Origin: an uncultured Bacteroidota bacterium
GTDB taxonomy: Bacteria; Bacteroidota; Bacteroidia; Bacteroidales; UBA12481
Direction of reading: 5' to 3'
Length of the DNA stretch: 64,000 nt
Assembly: GCA_903851365.1 (NCBI GenBank)
Contig: CAINOB010000002.1
Coordinates: 12,051-76,050 of the forward strand
Positions 59,301 to 64,000 of this stretch are shown piece after piece. The notes beneath the pieces were generated by a model. The model was given only the letters and a program-made list of their open reading frames with translations, was not told the origin of the DNA and searched no databases. A program made the position numbers and the translations under genes. How positions within the stretch are numbered: the first letter of the stretch is position 1; every line of letters starts with the position of its first letter.

Positions 59301-59517
59301 CAACAGGATGGCCTTTCTGGTCCAGTACCATGCTTAAAAGTGAAGCAGTCTTTGGATCGTCACCAATAGCCTTAAATGTGCTGAGGTGGGCTGAGCCCTG
59401 CATGTTCGACTGTCCGGCCATGATATACACTTTCAGGGGCTTCCCGACAGCCATCGCCGTGTTGCAAACTACCATTGCCATGACCGCAGTCATCATTATT
59501 CTTGCTATTGATTTCAT
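56377..59517 (-). CDS. Tri-domain secreted protein: SASA-type esterase + unrecognised ~400-aa central domain + DUF1080 (3-keto-disaccharide-hydrolase-like) domain
   Basis: aa ~25-390 are SASA-like (VYIMAGQSNMQG, VWFQGWND). I do not recognise aa ~395-800. aa ~835-1046 fit DUF1080 (WIASGDSFTVKPG..., NSGIYL..YEIQVL, ...VSYRNIWIRKL). Confidence 0.7.
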   Translation of the reverse strand: MKSIARIMMTAVMAMVVCNTAMAVGKPLKVYIMAGQSNMQGSAHLSTFKAIGDDPKTASLLSMVLDQKGHPVVCDHSWITYFTQQDERDTVLQGKVKVGYGFDHEKIGPEYAFGLYMDKAHDEPVLIIKTAWGGKSLAVDFRPPSAGPYEPSPKEKAQGNAPSKEAVGHYYREMIRDIRATLNSAKSISKIVPGYDPAQGYELAGFVWFQGWNDMCNRYYINQYTENMIHFISDVRKEFDKPHLPFIVGILGVYGTDPDSRKFDKTLPVSDFRKTQFAAVEQYDSKVAEPYRGNVKAVDSGPFYELALSDIYWKQRLTNEWKWQVKQGKMTQEEARKQREKYGFTKNGLTRKEKAIWKRGASNAEYHYLGSGKTFVRLGKAFAETMLGMEKETENQFLGHRYFTFNTVVRVNQIETSREVTAGEDESSIHSSEGARIFRETVEKGWPGARITWAFSWLALKDEHPAYRDLKKLIVSYHEKFGDEITFIPGGYFANMYNTREQVNRDLHDGLQMVSEMVGGGYRPLSVIAGFLSAENLRYLADVEGIHVCQGNIWSQYAIDNGDGDGSISYPYYPSKEHFLKPAQGKDDLIDCVNLDGWTMDFLSARYPGGRTIDGEWCGSRQGVGPIETVIRLGTERGTQEMLAVTAAHFDKGFEINNFAWVTCTWELGLVEAHKIYGYKGRNGMEGMLIWFSEMRRRWPDAQCITMGEFGMLWREQYKNNNNLNYQFVQRGTGVCGSEPELEIQWFMNKDFRLAILQDWQNNTPGKVIDFTRYDLKAQEPADPEPGKHSRNWSLMNRLNQKGIREQDKPIDINLLNKEEKTLISKWYPDLIEPSIVTPGKNGAPPSDAIILFDKDTLINFVSAKTGGAPEWIASGDSFTVKPGTKDIITKQKFRDCQLHVEWKAAMEDVLKGKTGQSCSNSGIYLMSKYEIQVLNSYHNKTYPTGQAAAFYGNFPPLVNASLEPDQWQVYDIIFMAPKFNENKELIEPGSFTVFHNGVLVQNHVEVKEPTTSSNREFSLSETELPLMLQDHNSAVSYRNIWIRKL

Positions 59518-59521
59518 CTTT

Positions 59522-61252
59522 TTATTGGCTTATTGTGAACCATACCCTGATGTTACACGGAGGTTGCCAGGTGGTTTCACTGATTGGTCTCATAACCACC
59601 GGATATTTCCCGAACATATCAGAATGAATATGCTGCATAACCAGATAGGTGTTTTTTAAGTTTGAACCCGACGGTGCCAGCTCAGGAGTGAATTTCTGGG
59701 GATCCCGCAATTCAATATAATTACTGTAGTTTGGTTCAGAATCAAAGAATGGTTGAAAGATACCATCCACCGACATCAGGTAAGGACCATAAAAAAGTGC
59801 TGCCTGCATTTTGCCGGAAATTGGAAATGCAATCTCCTTCTTGTCCTTATTAGCCCATTTCATTACATAGTCCAATGCAATATCGATCTGGTCGCCAACT
59901 CGCAGGTCTTGATCAATAATCAGGTAATCACCTTCCTGCTTTATTCGAAGCTTTTTCCCTGCGAAAGTTAAGTCAACTTGCCTGGCCCAGCTGGGTTTTC
60001 GCACCGCCAAACGTGAACTTATCCCGGCTTTTATAACACGAATCTTAAATTGGTTGGAGTGGTCTTTTACTTGTTCCGCTGTTAAACGGAGCTCGTTATC
60101 GGTATAATCTCCGTCGAAAAAGAGGTTGAATTGAACCGTGTTTTCCTTCCGTGTAAAAACATTTTCTTTCGTTTCATGCAGGGCGCGCAAGGCATGGAAA
60201 TTGCAACACCACCACGACCGGGCAATATTATTATCATTGACGAAGCCCATTTCCGGATCAAGGCTCCTGTGACCGAAATCGCCGGTTTCATACTGGTTTG
60301 CAAACAAGTGGTTAATGAGACAATGCTCTGATTTTTCCAGGTATTTTGTTTCGCCGGTTGTTTTCCATAAGCGAAGAGACAGCATGATAAAATCAGCTTC
60401 AGCACAACCTTCATCGCGTGCCTCTTTTGAAACTCCCATGGTTCCGAAATATTCAGGAACGCCGCCAAAAATCAGATATTCCGGCGAACGAACCAGCTCC
60501 TCGTAACGGTCCGTCACAAATTTTAGCTGTTCTGTTTTACCTGTCCGATCGTAAAGCATCAGGGTGCCCAACAACGTATTCAGGTATCCATGGCTGTGTT
60601 GTTGCCCTGGTGGAGGAAGCAAGGGGAATACAGAGGAGGCGGTTTGCAGGTATTTTCCATCTTTGGTTTCATCCCAAAGCAACACCAATCCTTCCATCAG
60701 CTGGGTGAAACAAATGTAACCCATGTAATCTTTATTCTTCAGTCGCTCCACCACTTGCGGGCTCATACAGTTATCAGCAATTCCAATGATGAAATCCCCC
60801 AGTTTTCTCGCTGCAGCAAGTACTTTGGGCTGATGATCCATTTGATAATATCTCATTAGGCCAACCAGCAATCGACCGTTTCCCCAAAGCAAAGCCATAT
60901 GCGGTCCAGCCAGTTTTTCAGCATCAAACACAAGATCAGGATTTCCAAAACGACCGTCCTGATGCTGGTATTGAAGAGCTTCATCCATCAGTTTATGAAT
61001 GTCGATCGGATTGTTTTCCACCGGGTAGGAGGAAAAAACATCGAAATAGCGCCCTGAAATATCCCCGCTGAAATCGGTAAACCGACGTTTGAATTCTGGC
61101 TTAAGCGAGAGGTCTGCCAGAATAAAATCAGAAGACATTTGAGGTGTATTTCCAAACATTATCCGGTCGGTCACCATTTTGATCCGCTTATTGATTTGTC
61201 CAACGGCAGGTAATACCATAAAAACGGCGAGTAGGAAAAAGATCTTTTTCAT
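59522..61252 (-). CDS. GH127/GH146-like (DUF1680) six-hairpin protein, secreted
   Basis: Signal peptide present. E-x-C (DEGCAEADF), the TGETKYLEKSEHCLINHLFANQ block and the CC motif (SWWCCNFHALRAL) parallel the GH127 catalytic-centre arrangement. It is shorter and more divergent than 828..2681. Confidence 0.55.
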   Translation of the reverse strand: MKKIFFLLAVFMVLPAVGQINKRIKMVTDRIMFGNTPQMSSDFILADLSLKPEFKRRFTDFSGDISGRYFDVFSSYPVENNPIDIHKLMDEALQYQHQDGRFGNPDLVFDAEKLAGPHMALLWGNGRLLVGLMRYYQMDHQPKVLAAARKLGDFIIGIADNCMSPQVVERLKNKDYMGYICFTQLMEGLVLLWDETKDGKYLQTASSVFPLLPPPGQQHSHGYLNTLLGTLMLYDRTGKTEQLKFVTDRYEELVRSPEYLIFGGVPEYFGTMGVSKEARDEGCAEADFIMLSLRLWKTTGETKYLEKSEHCLINHLFANQYETGDFGHRSLDPEMGFVNDNNIARSWWCCNFHALRALHETKENVFTRKENTVQFNLFFDGDYTDNELRLTAEQVKDHSNQFKIRVIKAGISSRLAVRKPSWARQVDLTFAGKKLRIKQEGDYLIIDQDLRVGDQIDIALDYVMKWANKDKKEIAFPISGKMQAALFYGPYLMSVDGIFQPFFDSEPNYSNYIELRDPQKFTPELAPSGSNLKNTYLVMQHIHSDMFGKYPVVMRPISETTWQPPCNIRVWFTISQ

Positions 61253-61258
61253 GACTAT

Positions 61259-62623
61259 TTATCCGATATTCCAACCTGCCCTGAATTCGGGCTTTATTAA
61301 TGAATTTGCCTGTTCGAGGTTTGTTATTTTCATGCTGTCTTTATCCCACTTCAATTCCTGGTTTCGGTACAATGAAGCGGCTGTTCCCAATAATACGGTT
61401 TCGGTGAGTGGCCCGCCGTAATTGAAATTCGCGCTGGCTGGTTTCCCTGTTTTTATGGCTTCCAGCCAGTCGGCATGATGGCCCTTGCTTCGTTCAATCA
61501 GTTGCGGAGGTGTTCCGGCCTGCTGGTTTTTATCATTGAGCAGGACTTTAAATCCAGTGGCACCGTGAGAACCGTGGATGATGATGCCCTTTTCGCCGAT
61601 CAGCAGAGCTCCGCAGGTGTCCTCATATTTTAAATCCCTGAGCCTGTCGTCGTTCAGGGGAAGCAAGCCTCCGTCGTACCAGGTGAGTTTCACGGGCGGC
61701 TGATTCTCCCTTGCCGGGAACTTATAGGTGATGATTGATGCGGTAGCGTAGGTATCGTATTTGACATCAGGAAGCAGGTTTGAAGTGCTGGCGATCACAC
61801 TGTCAGGACTTCCCAGATCCAATGCCCAAAATGCCGGATCAAGGGTATGGCACCCAAAATCGCCCAATGCACCGCAGCCAAAATCGATAAACCCACGCCA
61901 TTTCATCGGAAGATAATCAGGCTGGTAGGGCCTGTTCTGCGCCGGACCGAGCCATAGGTCCCAGTTCAGCTGCCGTGGGATTTTATAATCTCCGGTTGGC
62001 CGGGCGATGCCATGGGGAAATGAAACGGAGCCGCCTCCGGCTGGCCGGTCGCACCAGGCATGAACCTCGGTGACCTTGCCAATGGTTCCTGCCTTGATAT
62101 GCTCATAAAACTGGCGGATGCTATCCCACGAATGCCCCTGATTTCCCATCTGTGTTTGTACCTTGTATTCCTTTGCCAGCCTGGTGATTTCCCTGACTTC
62201 AAAAACAGAGTGTGCCAGCGGCTTTTCACAATAGACATGCTTGCCCATTTTTATGGCCATTGTGGCTATCACCGCATGATTGTGGTCGGGAGTGGAAATA
62301 ACGACCGCATCGATATCCTTCTGCTTTTCGAGCATCTCCCTGAAATCCTTGTATCGCTTGGCTTTGGGATAAGCATCGAACGATTTTTGCTGGCGCTCTC
62401 TCCAGTCCACATCACACAAGGCAACGACATTCTGGTCTTGCAACGCCTTTAAATTACTGCCTCCTCTCCCTGCAATCCCTACAAATGCAATATTCAGTTT
62501 ATCAGATGGCCATACCACTTTTTCATTTTTCTTTTCACCGGGCGTACAGGAAGCTGATCCGAGTACCAGGGCTCCTACGGATCCTATGGAAATCGTTTTT
62601 GTAAATTCTCTTCGGGAGGTCAT
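61259..62623 (-). CDS. Gfo/Idh/MocA family oxidoreductase with TAT signal (periplasmic)
   Basis: MTSRREFTKTISIGSVGALVLGSASC is a TAT-type signal. Rossmann motif NIAFVGIAGRGGSN. The EKPLA block is typical of the family. Confidence 0.8.
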   Translation of the reverse strand: MTSRREFTKTISIGSVGALVLGSASCTPGEKKNEKVVWPSDKLNIAFVGIAGRGGSNLKALQDQNVVALCDVDWRERQQKSFDAYPKAKRYKDFREMLEKQKDIDAVVISTPDHNHAVIATMAIKMGKHVYCEKPLAHSVFEVREITRLAKEYKVQTQMGNQGHSWDSIRQFYEHIKAGTIGKVTEVHAWCDRPAGGGSVSFPHGIARPTGDYKIPRQLNWDLWLGPAQNRPYQPDYLPMKWRGFIDFGCGALGDFGCHTLDPAFWALDLGSPDSVIASTSNLLPDVKYDTYATASIITYKFPARENQPPVKLTWYDGGLLPLNDDRLRDLKYEDTCGALLIGEKGIIIHGSHGATGFKVLLNDKNQQAGTPPQLIERSKGHHADWLEAIKTGKPASANFNYGGPLTETVLLGTAASLYRNQELKWDKDSMKITNLEQANSLIKPEFRAGWNIG

Positions 62624-62765
62624 GGTTAGAGTTTTAGTTTATCGGGTTCAAGATAGTACACGTATCGGATATCTGTATGTATCCAATTGGTTGGATTGGG
62701 TACTAACTTGTTTTACTTTGGAAGTAATTGCCAAAATCCGAACTTCGATGTAAAAATATCTTAAT

Positions 62766-64000
62766 ATGCGTGATTCGAAATTCAGCAGCAACCTGCTATT
62801 CCTGTTCCCGATGATATTTCTGGGAGCCTGCACGGGGAAAATTGTTAAAAGGCCGAATTTCCTTATTCTGATTGCAGATGATCAGCGATGGGACCAGTTG
62901 AGCTGTGCCGACCAACCGATTATCCCGGAATTGAAAACCCCGAATATCGACAAGTTGGCAGGCAGGGGAGTCTACTTCAGGAATGCTTTTGTAACCTCTC
63001 CCGTCTGTGCCGTTTCGAGGGCAAGCATCATGACCGGAAGATATGCCAGTACGCATAAGATGAACCATTTTAACACCCCGTTTGCTCCGGATGTCATCGC
63101 AAAAACTTTTCCTGCCTTATTACACGACAATGGATACACGACTGCGATACTCGGAAAATGGGGCATAGGCACGGAAGGCACCGCAGGGATTTTCGACCTT
63201 TTCAATGCCTGGGCTGACCAGGGAAGCTACTTTCATGACACCGACAGCGGGAAGGTCCATAATGAGGAATGGCTGGCCATCAAAGCCCGGGAGTTCCTCA
63301 AATCCAGCACCACCGATAAACCGTTCTGCCTCACCGTCTGCTTTAAATCGCCACACCATCCCTATCAGCCTGACCCGCGCGACAAGGATCTTTTCAAAGA
63401 CGTGATCATTCCCAAAAGAGCGATGGATACTCCTGAAAGCTACCAGGCACTTTCGCCGGCCGTGATGGAAAAATCATTGAACCGCTGGTGTTATTTTGAT
63501 GAGAGAAAGGATTCTGCAACCAAAGAAAATTTCGAAAAGAATTTCCTGAGATGTGTTGCAAGTTTGGACCGCGCGGTAGGAAATGTCGTGCAAAGCCTTC
63601 AGGATCTGAAGCTTGATAAGAATACCGTAATCATATACCTGTCAGATAACGGCTATATGTGGGGTGAGCATGGTTTAGGCGGAAAGTGGTTATTATATGA
63701 AGAATCAATCCGTGTGCCGTTGATTATTTACGAGCCTGGTATCCCCGCTAAATTGAACGGTGTGAAGCTTGACGAACTTGCATTGAATATTGATATTGCC
63801 CCCACAATACTGGATTTGGCAGGCATTCCTGTTCCGGATGTCATGGATGGGATGAGCTTATCCCCCTTTCTCAGAGGAAAGGATGCTCCAGGCAGGACAG
63901 ATTTTTTCATGGAGCATGTTGAGGTTATTAAGGTCGAAACTCCGATCCCCGACAGCAGGGGGGTGCGCTCGAAGGAATGGAAATATTTACGCTACGTTAA
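62766..64000 (+). CDS. Sulfatase family lipoprotein (3' end outside window) with unusual C-A-V-S-R active-site motif
   Basis: It is missing from the ORF track because it has no stop in the window. My translation from the ATG at 62766 is MRDSKFSSNLLFLFPMIFLGACTGK...NFLILIADDQRWDQ...VTSPVCAVSRASIMTGRYA...YLSDNGYMWGEHGLGGKW.... The frame is open to nt 64000. The minus-strand track ORFs here are antisense artefacts. Confidence 0.8.
   Translation, partial: MRDSKFSSNLLFLFPMIFLGACTGKIVKRPNFLILIADDQRWDQLSCADQPIIPELKTPNIDKLAGRGVYFRNAFVTSPVCAVSRASIMTGRYASTHKMNHFNTPFAPDVIAKTFPALLHDNGYTTAILGKWGIGTEGTAGIFDLFNAWADQGSYFHDTDSGKVHNEEWLAIKAREFLKSSTTDKPFCLTVCFKSPHHPYQPDPRDKDLFKDVIIPKRAMDTPESYQALSPAVMEKSLNRWCYFDERKDSATKENFEKNFLRCVASLDRAVGNVVQSLQDLKLDKNTVIIYLSDNGYMWGEHGLGGKWLLYEESIRVPLIIYEPGIPAKLNGVKLDELALNIDIAPTILDLAGIPVPDVMDGMSLSPFLRGKDAPGRTDFFMEHVEVIKVETPIPDSRGVRSKEWKYLRYV

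Noticed and set aside
62648-63359. Four minus-strand ORFs (61-90 aa) near the window end.
   Set aside because: They lie antisense to the open plus-strand sulfatase frame (62766 to the window end), which carries canonical sulfatase motifs.
1-64000. Looked for CRISPR arrays, tRNA/rRNA genes, IS elements, transposases, integrases and phage genes.
   Set aside because: I noticed no regularly spaced short repeats, no cloverleaf-like or rRNA-like segments in the short intergenic regions, and no ORF with transposase or integrase motifs. This was a visual scan, so small ncRNAs cannot be excluded.

Overview
The window looks like a Bacteroidota-type chromosome segment. The evidence is three type-IX-secretion (T9SS) C-terminal sorting domains, lipoprotein/SPI signal peptides, TAnnTTTG-like promoter boxes and the overall gene content. 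All family calls come from motif recognition in the supplied translations; no database search was run.

Layout:
- nt 1-8959: a housekeeping/lipid block on the + strand: thpR (minus strand), a GH127, a FakA-N/DegV fusion, DUF1295, bcp and plsY.
- nt 9279-64000: an accessory region dominated by secreted carbohydrate-active enzymes. These are GH115, two GH95-type, GH106-like, GH2, a clan-GH-D-like enzyme, two GH127-type, two SASA esterases, two sulfatases and a decayed GH78.
- Interspersed: two M28-type peptidases, a BNR/sortilin propeller protein, two toxin-antitoxin modules (PIN/antitoxin and hipBA) and several gene remnants.

I saw no SusC/SusD pair, transcriptional regulator of glycan use, tRNA, rRNA, CRISPR array, transposase or integrase.

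Most interesting observations:
1. An unrecognised ~560-aa secreted protein family occurs three times. Each copy sits just downstream of a lectin-like beta-sandwich protein at the head of a glycosidase operon.
2. A tightly packed seven-gene minus-strand operon (38907-52981) has a mosaic base composition.
3. A TAT-exported Gfo/Idh/MocA oxidoreductase, a GH127-like protein and a SASA/unknown/DUF1080 tri-domain protein form an operon. This suggests oxidative (3-keto) glycoside cleavage.
4. A FakA-N/DegV single-chain fatty-acid-kinase candidate lies in the same gene string as plsY.
5. The hipBA cassette is bracketed exactly by 42-bp direct repeats.
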